The notes under the pieces are model-generated. The model worked only from the letters and a program-made list of their open reading frames with translations, did not search any database and was not told the DNA's origin. The position numbers and the translations under genes were made by a program. A DNA stretch of 63,934 nucleotides, the filler included, from Licmophora abbreviata (taxonomy: Eukaryota): the NCBI GenBank assembly GCA_900291995.1. It is 13 parts of 13 records of this genome, joined end to end, with 100 filler letters (N's around TTAATTAATTAA, not from the genome) between each part and the next. Parts side by side here need not be neighbours in the genome. Positions count along the whole stretch, not along the records: positions 1 to 11,441 come from OLMU01001739.1; 12 more parts are not named here. One strand, written 5' to 3'. This document shows positions 1 through 11,371 of this stretch, one piece after another (the first letter of the stretch is position 1; the number at the start of each line of letters is the position of its first letter).

Positions 1-1
1 T

Positions 2-301
2 GGTGGCGCACTTCCACCTCCTCCAGGCGTTCCGCCACCATCCCAGGCGCCTCCTGGGCAGTATGGCTACCCGCCGCCACAACCACAGGGCGGCTACTAT
101 GGGCATCAGCAGCAGCAGGGTGGCTATAGTCAGCCTTCTGCTCCGCACGGCTACAATCAGCAGCAACAACAACAGCAACAGGGGAACCAGCAACAGGGGA
201 ACCAGCAACAGGGGAACCAGCAAAACGGGGGCTGGGATTATCGAAGCTATTACGGCAATTCCGGCGGCGGTGGTGGATTGAACTGGTGGGATCAGAATTA
301 A
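2..301 (+). CDS. 3' end of a gene encoding a Pro/Gly/Tyr/Gln-rich low-complexity (prion-like) C-terminus, probably an RNA-binding protein
   Basis: The frame starting at nt 2 is open and reads GGALPPPPGVPPPSQAPPGQYGYPPPQPQGGYYGHQQQQ...GNQQQGNQQQ...GGWDYRSYYGNSGGGGGLNWWDQN* (TAA 299-301). The ORF track shows a different frame. Confidence 0.7.
   Translation, partial: GGALPPPPGVPPPSQAPPGQYGYPPPQPQGGYYGHQQQQGGYSQPSAPHGYNQQQQQQQQGNQQQGNQQQGNQQNGGWDYRSYYGNSGGGGGLNWWDQN
173..217 (+). repeat. 3 x 15-bp coding tandem repeat CAGCAACAGGGGAAC (QQQGN)
   Basis: Exact units at 173-187, 188-202 and 203-217. Confidence 0.9.
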
Positions 302-388
302 AGGACGCTAGTGGAATTTGTGTGGTAAATGATTGTTTGTTTGTTTTTTCGACATTCGATATATAATTGTAAAGACAGCGCCTTCCTC

Positions 389-1100
389 CTAATCGACCAC
401 GAACGTTCCACCCTTTCCCATGGCAAAGTTCGACAATGTTTCAATGGCCTGTTCTTTTTCTTCCAATACCGCCTTGACACAATCCTTGATCGACAGCATG
501 CCCACCACATGTCCCTCATCGTCCAAGATTGGAAGATGGCGGACATCGCTGTTGATCATCTTGTTCATGCACTCGTCAATGGAATCTTCCTGCGTGGCCG
601 TCACGAGCTTAGCCTTTTGCGTGCTGATTTCGCTGACGACGACATCCTTGGCCTTGCGATTGGGGTCCATCCCAATCTTTCGGACCATGTCACGTTCACT
701 CACGACACCAGTCAAGTGCCCTGTAATGTTGAAAGCAAGAGAAGCTACATAGTGAGGGATTGTTCTCTTTTTGTTGTTGTTGGCGTGAACAAGGTGCACA
801 TTGGTTTTACAAAATTAACACTCGCGCACCTTTCGCATCCGTCGTGACGAGACAGCCAATGTCATAGGCGGCTAGTTTCTGAATGGCGACAATGGCCTTT
901 TCATCTTCTTGAATGGTAAAGTCGATTTCGAGGTAGCAGCTAGCCTTCATGGCGTCCGTAGCCGACGAACTAGTCGCCACCGTTGACATCATCCTGGGTC
1001 GGTAGCAGGCTGCAGAAAGTGTTGTAGTAGGGGCAAGCATGATGCTATCGCGGGAAGAAGCCGCAACCACAGCGCGTCGGAGTGCCATTCTTCCAATCAT
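389..1100 (-). CDS. CBS-domain pair protein (CBSX3-like), probably mitochondrial; exons 1100-830 and 720-389
   Basis: Motifs IGCLVT, G-VVSERD, VRHLPILD and VVGMLSIKD. Arg/Ser/Ala-rich presequence. A GT..AG intron at 829-721 joins the frames. Confidence 0.9.
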
Positions 1101-1477
1101 CTTATGAATTTAGGGTTTTACCGAGACAATGAAGCAATAAAAGAGTGCACTGAGGCGTTCCTTTCTCACCAGAGACAAAGCTTGAGTGACATGACAGCCG
1201 CCCAAAACGATATCCGTGTGTGTGTTTGTTCTTTGAAACGCAAAGCAGCAAAAAACAAAAAAACTACAGATTTTGGTGCAAAAGTGGAAGTGCAGAGACA
1301 CTTTGAGTTTATCAGCTAAATCTGTCGACGTAAATGCTACGGGGTGACGTACGCGTGCTTCACGTTTTTCTCACTCTTGTCGTCCGACGTCCGACGCGAA
1401 GAAGAAGACCTCATGGCACACGCACCACAACCTTGAACTTAGCACAACTCCCGCACCCCCGATAAGAAGCATCGACA

Positions 1478-2130
1478 ATGTTGAGCAGAGCTTCCTTTAC
1501 CTTAATCCGTCAGGCGCGGCCTCGTTTCTTGACTGCTGCTCCTAGCAGCCGTCTGATGACGCGCTCCTTTACAACGGTCGAGGAAGTCATGACGGCCGAC
1601 GACGCTTTGAAAAAGTCGGGATACTCCCAGATTGACTACACTATTCAGGACAACTTGAGCGTCTACGACGCTGTTCAGAAACTGGCTGCATTCAACATTG
1701 GATGTCTCGTGACTGTGGATGAGCAAGGTGGGTGTTTTTGCGGTGTACGTCTGTCTTTTATTTCCCCGATTCTCACTTCTTGTGCTACTGTGCTCCACTA
1801 GGCAACATGACGGGCATTGTTAGCGAGCGCGATTACGTGTGTAAGATTGCGTTGCTGGGAAGGACGTCCAAGGAAACCAAGATCAAGGAGATCTCGACCA
1901 AATCGGCCAACTTGGTCACAGCCTCGCTTCAGGATTCCGTCGAGGACTGCATGCAGAAAATGTTGACCAAGGATGTTCGTCACTTGCCTCTTGTCAGCAG
2001 CGAAGGGAACGTGGTCGGCATGATCTCGATTAAGGATCTAGTCAAGACGCTCGTGCAAGAGAAGGAAAAGACGATTCAGGTTCTTTCGAACTTTGCTCTT
2101 GGAAAGGGAGGCTTCTACGGAAGCGATTGA
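1478..2130 (+). CDS. CBS-domain pair protein, paralog of the previous gene; exons 1478-1727 and 1802-2130
   Basis: Motifs IGCLVT, GIVSERDY, VRHLPLV and VVGMISIKD. Mitochondrial-type presequence. GT..AG intron at 1728-1801. Confidence 0.9.
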
Positions 2131-2353
2131 TGGAGAGGTAGTGGTGGAGTGTGCCATGTGGGCATCATTCGGTGTGACTAAGTTTTGATTTTCTCGAAAG
2201 TGCCTCGACGGCATCCGTTGGACGACTCACTAGGTTCCTATACTCTGAAAGCTAGTAGGACGAAATTCGGGGAGCAATCCAACATAACGTGCCTCGCGCA
2301 CCAGCCGATGTACAGCTCTCGTGGTTCTGTCGTTTCTTCTATATTTGTCATTC

Positions 2354-5300
2354 TTACGATGAGGATGTGTCCAGCCAGCCCAAACTCTGCGATAGGGCCG
2401 CAATGCGTTTGTGCACCTCCAATTTTTCTTTGCCCTTGAGCTCTTTGGCCTCCACAGCTTCGAGGAGCAAGTTCAATGCAAAGTGCGTCTTTCCGGAGGC
2501 TTGCAAATAGTCACTTCGCGCGAGGAGTTCTTCCACACTCTCCAGAGTAGTATTTGCTCGGACAGCAGCGTTTTCTTCGTCAGAGTCGTCAAACGCCAGC
2601 TCCTTGCCGGCGGAAAGAAGGGCGCGTTGAGATCGTCCCAGAGATGTGGGCTTGGAGGGGGTCCCTCCAAAGGGACCTGGGGATCCCAATGTCTCTTCAG
2701 GGTCAGGACTGTACACTGCATCGTGAGACGAGATACCGACGACAGCGCCGTGGTTCTCGAGAAGGGTTGGCTTGTTACCACTGCCAAGGAGAGCACCAGA
2801 GTGCTTCGCACGAAACTTCTCCAAAAAGGCACAGTGCCCTTCCGGGCCTAGCGTGAACAACTGACGCAGCTCGCCCGGGCTGAAGTGACGTTCGGTTGCA
2901 CTTCCAGAGTTCGTCAGGACGGTGCGACGAATTCCGTCCTTGTGGACCTGCTTCTCGTACATCTTCTCTTCGACAGTTCCGGCCGCAATGAACCGATAGA
3001 CGGTGACATCCTTCTTTTGTCCGATCCGGTAACACCGATCGACCGCCTGGCAATCCTCAGCTGGGTTCCAGCTCGGATCGTAAACGATGGCTCTGTCTGC
3101 ACCCACGAGCGTCAGTCCTAGACTCGTAGCTTTCGTCGATAGTAGCATCGCATCGCACCGACTGGCGTTGCTATTGAATTCCTCCACAAGCACTTGTCGC
3201 TGCCGTTCGGGGGTTGATCCGTCAATACGCCCGAGGCTAAAGTCGCAAAGAGTCTGATCGATGATATCAAGCATTTTCGTACTCTGGCTGAAAATTAAGG
3301 GACGATGGCCCGCTTTTTTCAAGCGCTTCATGAGTGTGAACAGCACTTGGAGTTTGGCGCTGTCAACTAGTAGATCGTCACGCGCCATTCTCGGGGTATA
3401 ATGGTCGAAATCGAAACCTTCCTCCTTGAGAGCTGCACTTTCGACGAGTTCAGGATGTCCACACAGCTTCTTTAGCCAAGAAAGTGCTTCGAGTGGCGAT
3501 TTCTTTTCACGGCTTACAATCGATCGAACAGTCTCTCCGTTAGCCACATACGACTCGTACAGTTCGCGCTGTTTGACTGAAAGGTGTGTCCAAACGACGA
3601 GCTCGCGCTTCTCGGGAAGATCCGTCAGAATGGAGGCCTTAAGGCGCTGAAGGAAGTGCGGTCTGAGAACAGATTGGAGTCGTCGATTCGCCTGTTCTGC
3701 GAGTTGCAGTGTTCTATTAGTCGCGTGTTTGTCGCGGCCGCTCTCGATGGGATCACCAAACATATTTCGGAAGCTCCCAAGTGTTCCGAGTAGCTGGCCG
3801 GACGTCGCCCAATTGAAAAGGGACCACAGCTCTCGTAGGCTTCAAATGGCAGCAAGAGTCGGATATGAGGAAGCACGGACGTGTTCCAGGCGGCGGTCAA
3901 TCAAGAGGAGAATAGAACTTACTTGTTTTGGATCGGTGTGCCGGTCAAGATGAGTCGATTTGTCCGTGGATTATCACAGATTTCGGTACAGCCTTTGCTA
4001 AAATTCGTCGAAGGATTCTTGATCTTGTGTCCTTCGTCAAGCACAACGTAGTCCCATGACTCATACTTGTCCACCAAGGCGGACGGATCTGAGCCGGCCA
4101 GACCATACGTCGTAATGATCAGGTAAGGGAATCGGGAAGTGCTGTGTAGCCACAAAACGCGAGATAGTCGACATGAGAACGCATAGCCAAAGAAAAGCTC
4201 AAGCAAGGCGGCGTACTAGCCAGAAGACTTACCAGTTCAGCGCATCGCGAACGATTCGCTTGCGTGTCGGTTTCGGTTTGTCGCTCGCCAGAACAATCAC
4301 ACTGATTCTTGGGAGGCAACAATTCGAAAGGATGATTTGAGCCTCCTTCTCCCAAGAGCGAAGGACTGAGAGGGGAGCAATGACTAGCGCATTGCGAATG
4401 GTTCCAGCTCTCATCAGTCCCCCGATGCAGGTTAATGTCTGGTAGGTCTTTCCAAGACCCTGAGTTAACGAAGAGATGAGGGAAAAATACGTTGGTTGTA
4501 CATTCAGGTGGATTGAGGAGGCAGATCGCTTTCCATTGGACAAACCATATCATCTCCAAGAATACCTCCGATCTGCTTAGAGTAAAGCGTTGCCATCCAC
4601 TGAACGCCTTCCTTCTGGTGCGGGTACAGTCGGTCGTAGAGCTTGGACGGAATGCGCAAGTTGGGCCAAGTTACATCTGGTGGTTTGAACTTGGCTGAAG
4701 AGAGGTAGTACTCATCGTGGTGACTGTCGTGATCCCATGCATTCTCCTCACTTTCACTGGCCGAATCGCTCTCGTTAGACGCCCGCGTGCCAATATTGTT
4801 GGCTGGCGGAGCGACCGTCGAGAATCCATCAAAGACCTCCAAACTGTCATCGACCGAATCTCCACTTGAATCACGGGGACCGGGAGCCTTGTGCCAGGGC
4901 GAGACGTCTTTCAAGTCAATATCATCGTCATCGCTGAGCAGACCTTCAGAGTCATCGTCTTGAAGACGACGACGGGGCGCCCTTGCCACGCCGACTGGAC
5001 TCGGACTTTTGTATGGAAGAAAGTCACTAAGGTCGTCGTCACTGCTCAACAAAGCTTCTGATGCGACGTCGTCGTCGCTCGGCGAAGCCTCTGCTTGTTC
5101 ATCATCTTCTTTGTTCGGTCGGAAAGGTACAAGGACACACTCGTCGTCAGAATCTTCCTCCGAGGACTCGTCGGCGAAAATCAATGGTCGAGCTTTCTGG
5201 GGAAGGCCAATGACGGCTTCGTCGTCATCCTCGTCTTCACCCTCCGACTCGTCTGATGACGCACTGAGTTTCACTTTCGTCTCAAAAGCAGTCACCAAGT

Positions 5301-5484
5301 CCGAGTCGTTTTGGCTCTTGGCGTCGTGAAAGATCTCTTCGCCATCACTGTTTTCGTCGCTGCTACTTTCTAACACTCCGCGTCGACCTGGGATTTTCGT
5401 GTGTACTCGTAGCTGACTGTCGTCCTGGCTGAATTCTGAAGGAGGAGAAAACGACTCGTCGTCACTGTCGGAAGCAAAGTCCAT
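2354..5484 (-). CDS. ERCC6L: SNF2-family ATPase, ERCC6L/PICH (CHR24)-like; exons 5484-4546, 4459-4233, 4141-3923, 3839-2354
   Basis: Splicing restores GDDMGLGKT, LDEGHKIKN, LTGTPIQNNLRELWSLF and DPSWNP..QAVDRCYRIGQ. Acidic disordered N-terminus and a TPR-like C-terminal segment. Confidence 0.85.
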
Positions 5485-6009
5485 GGCTAGCAGCGTAGTG
5501 GTTCGTGGATCTGAAAGGAGATTACTTCTAAGTGCCGTGTTTACACCCTCAGTGAGCCATCATTGTGATCCCTCGGTGTGGCGGCGTGTAGATTCGAGAA
5601 TTTTGAAATTTGAAATTTGTCATTAGAAAAAACCCGGATCTGAGTCTGTCATGCCTCCTCTCATCCTCTTTCGAATAACACTCCTTTGGAGGGACGAAGC
5701 GATCGGCGGCAAAAAAGGATGCTTGTTTACGATTCTTGCAGTCGTCACCTCTTCGTCTGCACCGCTGGCCTTCTTTGCGGCATTGGCCTGTCCTTCCCCG
5801 ACCGATGGAGAGACGCGGCGATAATATGTGGAGAAGCGGATCGGTGCTATAACCGTTCGATCGTTTGTACCATCTCACACACACAGAAAGGCGGGACTAT
5901 CCTTTTGCAACTGGGAACGAACGCGGTCCAATACGAAAGGTTACTCTCTAGTAGAAGGTGTACCGTTTATTGGCAAACACCCACGTAAATAGTCGAATCA
6001 TCAAACTGC

Positions 6010-6522
6010 TCACGCTTCCGACACCTCCTCAAAGTTGCCTTCCACGAGATCCGGGACGTCATCGTCCTCATCTTCGTCGACTTCTTCGATCCCAGCGGCA
6101 CCAGGCATTTCTGGCATACCACCGGGCATACCTGCCGCCAAACCCTGAAGTTGCGAGATGTTGTCCATGCCCAGTTGCGACACAATCGACGGAAGCAGCT
6201 CTTGCAGGGGCTTGGTCTCGGACGGGCCTGAGATGATGTAAGTGTTGGCTCCGATCGAGGCCTGCACTTTGGGATTGATAAAGTGAATGACCTTACCGTC
6301 GTCCTTGAAGAGATTGACCTCTTCAATTCCAGGAATGTTGGTGGCACCGAGCTTTTTCAGCGCCGAGTTGAGTTTCACGTCTGATTGGGCCGAGGCACCG
6401 CGGGAGACAGCCTTCTTCTTGCGGCGAACCGTTCCTTTCCCACCCGTTGTTGTCTTGGCGCCACCGAAACGTTTGGCAATCATTCGTTGTTTCGCGGCTT
6501 CTAAGTCTGCTGCATCCGTCAT
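6010..6522 (-). CDS. BTF3: Nascent polypeptide-associated complex subunit beta
   Basis: GGKGTVRRKKK, IPGIEEVNLFKDDGKVIHFINPKVQAS and DDVPDLVEGNFEE. Confidence 0.95.
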   Translation of the reverse strand: MTDAADLEAAKQRMIAKRFGGAKTTTGGKGTVRRKKKAVSRGASAQSDVKLNSALKKLGATNIPGIEEVNLFKDDGKVIHFINPKVQASIGANTYIISGPSETKPLQELLPSIVSQLGMDNISQLQGLAAGMPGGMPEMPGAAGIEEVDEDEDDDVPDLVEGNFEEVSEA

Positions 6523-7257
6523 GATTGAGTTTAAAAAAGAACACGGGTATCTCGCTAGTTATCAGCAAAAAAAAAACTGAGCACTCTGTACACTTCCGAG
6601 CAAGAACGAAAAAGAGAGTGTGAGAGACAAATGATGCGACTGCGTCATGCTTTGCAAAAAAACACTGTGATCAATAGAACCATCATGACCAGCCGCTGCG
6701 CCTTTTCATTCTTCTTTCTCGTGCCCACCAACAGATTGGGTTCTGTGCCGGCAACTTTCGAATGGTGGTGCAACAAGGCAGTCTCGAAAGAGTTCGATCT
6801 TCCCGGTGATTTCCCTCTTTCCTGACAGAAATTCCATTCATTGCACAACATCGGACTCTCGATTGCCAGTATCACGCCGTCCTCCTGTTTCACTCTCAGA
6901 AACTCCCCGATCCCCTCATGGTCCACCTACCAAGACGATTTCTCACAATGGCGTCAATCAATTGAGGGGTCTACGTGAAGTTCAACGCAGATTCCTACCG
7001 AGACGTGTGTGTTGGATGGAATTTTGCGTAGAATCTACGTGATCGTGGTATCCAAAAATGTGCGGTTCCAAATCAGGGAATCTTGGTTTCCACATGATCA
7101 TCGACCCGCAGAAAATCACTCAAGATCCAAACAGCAAGATTCCTTGTTGACAGAGTCGCAGCGCCGTCGAAGGCTTTTTGATTTTGGACCATGATGCACA
7201 TTGCGTCATCAAAACGCCCGACGAGTCGCTGTAAATTTCCTTTGTACAACAACGACC

Positions 7258-9291
7258 ATGGCAACAATCGAGATTGATCCTTCCTCCCACGAAAATAGCA
7301 AGATTGCTTCCAAAGAGTCAAAGGAAACGGGTGATACAGGGGAGTCAGCCATCGTAGTAGACGACGACGAAGACGAGGATGACGACCAAGACATTGATGA
7401 GGAGCAGCTCCAGGAGTTTGGGGAAATGGTGGAGCAGCTCGGCACTTTCCCGGTTAGTGAATGAGTGCAAAGCACTGTGTAAGACAAGTATGAACAGGAA
7501 AACTAACAAAGTATCTCCCTTCCACAGGACAAGGTGAAAATCAATAGTATATCCATGGTCGCCGAAGATCATTCCGATTCGAAGAAGTCTGCCGCAGCAT
7601 TGTATGACTGCATTCGAAAGCCTCTCGTGTCGACCAATGTTGCGAGAGAACTAAAGTTACCGCTCGTGTACTTGCTGGACTCCATTTTGAAAAACGTCAA
7701 GGGGCATTTTGTGGCGCTGGTCGAGAGGGACGCCAAATCTTGGATGCCGGTTGTGCACGATTCTCTCTTGGAGGAACAGCGCAAGAAACTGAAGCGTGTC
7801 TGGAATATCTGGCGTGACTTCAAGCTGTTTGATGAGGATAGTTGGAGAGAAATGGGACGGTGCTTTACCATTTCGGATGCCCAAGTGAACAATTCGCGTC
7901 TCGGTGCCGGCAACAAAGTGGCGGGGATTTCGCGTGCTGTAAGTAAACAGCAGCATCCTTGAGAGGAAGGCTAACTATCGTTGTTGAAGCACTTCGTTTC
8001 TACTGTGTTTGAATTGAGAATCAGCACTGACGTTGCCTATTTCTCGCCTTGACAGGCTGACGGAACGTTGCATTTGCCGAGCGCGTTGAGGAAAGAAATG
8101 CAGATCTTATTGGATGATGTTCAGAGCACCGTCACGAATGAGCTTGACAAGGTATCGTTGGAGCGACTCGCAGATATAGACCCCGACCTCTTGGCCAAGA
8201 TCAGGAAAATGGCGGAAGACATCATGACTAGTGGTCAGAACAGCGCCGGATCAGCGCCGGCCTCAACAGGTGCATCAACCACTACGCCCTCCTTTTTCGC
8301 GGAAACTCGATCCCCCGATGTCCTGGAACGATCCAAGGGCTGGAAAAAGCTGAATTTGAATCATTTGGAGCAATCGCATGAGATGATTGCACAGCTCCAA
8401 CAATTTGTCCGAACAGGATCCTCCACATCCATGCTGTATACGAAACAAGGGGCCTTGCACATGACGTCCGTACTGGCCGTGGCGTCGGCGACCGCGGCTC
8501 AGCTTACCAATTCCTTACAACGCATCAAAGACTTGGAGGACAGCAGCAAGGGAAAGACTTCAGCGAATGCGTCGTTTGGGAATATTGCCGATCCATCGGC
8601 ACGGCGATTCTTGGCAGTCGATCCGAGTTTGTTCACTAGTAAGGGAGTTAGGCAGAAGAACGCCATGGTCATTGGGGCACTGTACGATGTCGGTCTTCCC
8701 TTTATCAGCTCCGCGGACGGTCGGCGTTTTGCTTCTCAAATGGAACTATCGAATCATCTGGATACCCTGTTTAGACAGAGGTGCGTACTTGTGTGACAGT
8801 GGAATCTCATCTACTGTCCTATCCTTGATGAAATAGGCTTGCACTCATCCATACCACTACTGATCATGCTTATCCACAGCCAACTCGAAAAGTCAATGGA
8901 ACGTACCGAAGAACGCGGCTGGTATGTCGACGGGAGTATCTGGACTGGGGAATCGAACACAGCCGTGGCGGCTACCCAAGGCGTTGTAGAGGCAATGGAT
9001 ACAACAGGGGACGCAGCGTCTGGTGATGCGGATGCGGATCCTTCCACATTTACCGTGCCTGCCGACGAGTCACGAGATCGTTGTGTCGTTTGTGGAATCA
9101 ACTTTAAGATGTTCTTCGATAATGACGACGGAATCTACAAGTACAGCAACTGTCGAGAAATGCAAGCACTCAATGACGACGCTGCAGAACGGGAATCCGA
9201 GTCGGTGCTGGTGCACGTCACGTGCTGGCGAGGACTGGGTTCGCCCGATGAGCTAACTATGGACCAAGCTCTTCAAGAGCGTCAGAGTTAG
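7258..9291 (+). CDS. PCF11: Cleavage/polyadenylation factor PCF11; exons 7258-7452, 7528-7938, 8056-8780, 8880-9291
   Basis: CID motif KLPLVYLLDSILKNV, the RGWY Clp1-interaction region, and a C-terminal CVVC...HVTC zinc finger. Introns keep the frame. Confidence 0.85.
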
Positions 9292-9346
9292 AAGACTGTA
9301 AAGACGACGCTCATTTGTCGCGTAGCTACTACTCATTCACACGCCA

Positions 9347-9991
9347 CTACACTATGCTCTCGCCTGGTTCCTGTTTCCATTTTTGGTTTTGACAGGATAT
9401 ATAGTCGTCAATGTCGAACGAATTAGGCTTTGTGTTGAATGTCTTGACACTGACGTAGTCCTCTTCTGTCTTGTATGAATCCAAGAGGCTGTTTGCGATC
9501 TTTCGTCCCTCGCCATCCTCGATTCCCTTGTTCACAATATCACATCGTACCAACGTCATGTCCAAGTCTTTCGCATAGTCGTCAAACACACTGAATGTCA
9601 TCAACGGTTGCGCCCTGGCAGGATCCATTTTGTAGTCTTCCAAATATGCTAGCAAGAAGTGCGAAGGCTCTTGAAACTCACTCATCAACATGAAGAAGCC
9701 ATCGTCTCGAAAGACCGGTTGAACAAAGTAGGGACACTTATTGGCACGTTTCAAAACCGTTTGCCCTTCAACCCCTTTCAGAATTATCCCATGTACATTA
9801 TCGCGAGTCTCATGGTAGGAGTACCAGATGTCCGCAACCTCAGCAGCAGTCTTGCCTTGCAGTAAGTCCTTCTTTACGATTTCGTCCAGCGACCGCGGTC
9901 CTGCGAAACTGAAACTTAGAGACCGACGCGCTTTGGCGCTCACTAAAGGCTGGACTCGACGCGATTGTCGAAGCAAAGCAGCGGACCACAT
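9347..9991 (-). CDS. ATP11: Mitochondrial F1-ATPase assembly chaperone Atp11 (ATPAF1)
   Basis: Presequence followed by LDEIVK.DLL...IW..YH, CPYFVQPVFR, LEDYK and AQPLMT motifs. Confidence 0.85.
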   Translation of the reverse strand: MWSAALLRQSRRVQPLVSAKARRSLSFSFAGPRSLDEIVKKDLLQGKTAAEVADIWYSYHETRDNVHGIILKGVEGQTVLKRANKCPYFVQPVFRDDGFFMLMSEFQEPSHFLLAYLEDYKMDPARAQPLMTFSVFDDYAKDLDMTLVRCDIVNKGIEDGEGRKIANSLLDSYKTEEDYVSVKTFNTKPNSFDIDDYISCQNQKWKQEPGESIV

Positions 9992-10358
9992 GATACGGTT
10001 AGGCGATGAGCAGCGACGGCATTCGCAATAACGCCACGAGATCTTTTGACACGGCCGCTAAACGTCGTCTTCGGCACTTCTACAACATCGTACTGCACGA
10101 CAGACGTCACAATGGATGCCAACACACAAAAAGCAATGAGCAATGAATGACATTGATTGGATTGAACATGCGATCTATTGTAGTACAATTGTGCAACAAG
10201 AGATTTTCCTCAGAGGCTAACAATTTCGCCTCTTTCTCAAGTCTATGTTCAGAGTCGATTCGATCCTCCCCGATTTGCTCTCGAGTATGTTCGAGATGTG
10301 GATATCTGTGAGCCGAATGAATCTCAGTATCGACTCCTAACGACACCAGTTTTAATTC

Positions 10359-11150
10359 CTATGATGTAACCGCATACCTCAGTTGCTCATCGAGCGTATC
10401 GAGTCCCAACGAAACAGGTTGCTGCTCTCGTACACGGGTCAGAAAGACGTCTCCGTATATTGACTCGTCGTCGTTCTGTCCAGCTTGACGTAAAAAGAGC
10501 AATGCCCGTGGATTGAGTAGACGCTGCTTTAGATTAGCGCTCTCGTCCCAGTATAGATATAAACATCCATCTTCGTCGTGTGTGCCCGCAGAAACCTTCA
10601 CGTGCACCACAGTCCCCGCTTCCGCAGATCGTCGCAATGTAGCCGGGGAAACATGGGGGCACATGCCAGTCGAACACCCGGCCTCTCTTTCTTGATTCGC
10701 TTGTTGCTGCAGTAATTTCATGTCGACCTCCTCTCCCTCCTGAATTCGAAAGTAGGGTTCAAACACTTCTGCGAGTAAAATGTTGGGAGTGGATGTCAAG
10801 ACGAGCTCTTGAAGTGCGCGGGAGGTATCAGCAGGAATTAGAACAAATGAGACACCGTCGATATTATTTTCCTCCTTGAGGCTTACACCCGCGAGTGCAG
10901 TCAATCTCGCCATCATCAAACCAGCGTCACTGTTCACTGTTGCAACGCAGGGATCGACATCAATTCTCATTTGTAAAGGGACGGCGCTATTGTGATGGTG
11001 TGAACGGGGGTTTAACCGAGTGTCGATTTTTGTTTCCCACGCCGCCATCTGCAGGATGCGATGACCGATCGCTTCTGACATGACGTGTTCCACGTCAGCG
11101 TCTCCACCAAAGTGTACACACAGAACACTGATCACTATGTTTGCCTGCAA
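10359..11150 (-). CDS. Hypothetical protein with a DUF3846-like C-terminal motif; start codon uncertain
   Basis: 263-aa ORF containing VLIPAD and LYWDESANLK.RLLNPRA...IYGDVFL. Confidence 0.55.
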   Translation of the reverse strand: MQANIVISVLCVHFGGDADVEHVMSEAIGHRILQMAAWETKIDTRLNPRSHHHNSAVPLQMRIDVDPCVATVNSDAGLMMARLTALAGVSLKEENNIDGVSFVLIPADTSRALQELVLTSTPNILLAEVFEPYFRIQEGEEVDMKLLQQQANQEREAGCSTGMCPHVSPATLRRSAEAGTVVHVKVSAGTHDEDGCLYLYWDESANLKQRLLNPRALLFLRQAGQNDDESIYGDVFLTRVREQQPVSLGLDTLDEQLRYAVTS

Positions 11151-11371
11151 GTGTGACGGAGTGAGTCAGTTGAGCGGACCAAGGCCTTCTGAACTGGCCA
11201 CTGTGCGGGTCGCTCTGTCTGTGCTGTCATTGAAATCGTGGGTGAGATGCGATTTTTGATTTTTGATGAGTTTTGAGTTTTGGGGGCACAACAACGACTG
11301 AGCGAGAGTGATCGACACAACTCTCTGTATTGCTGATGCTTGTTTCTCTTTTTCGTACTCAATAACGCAGC

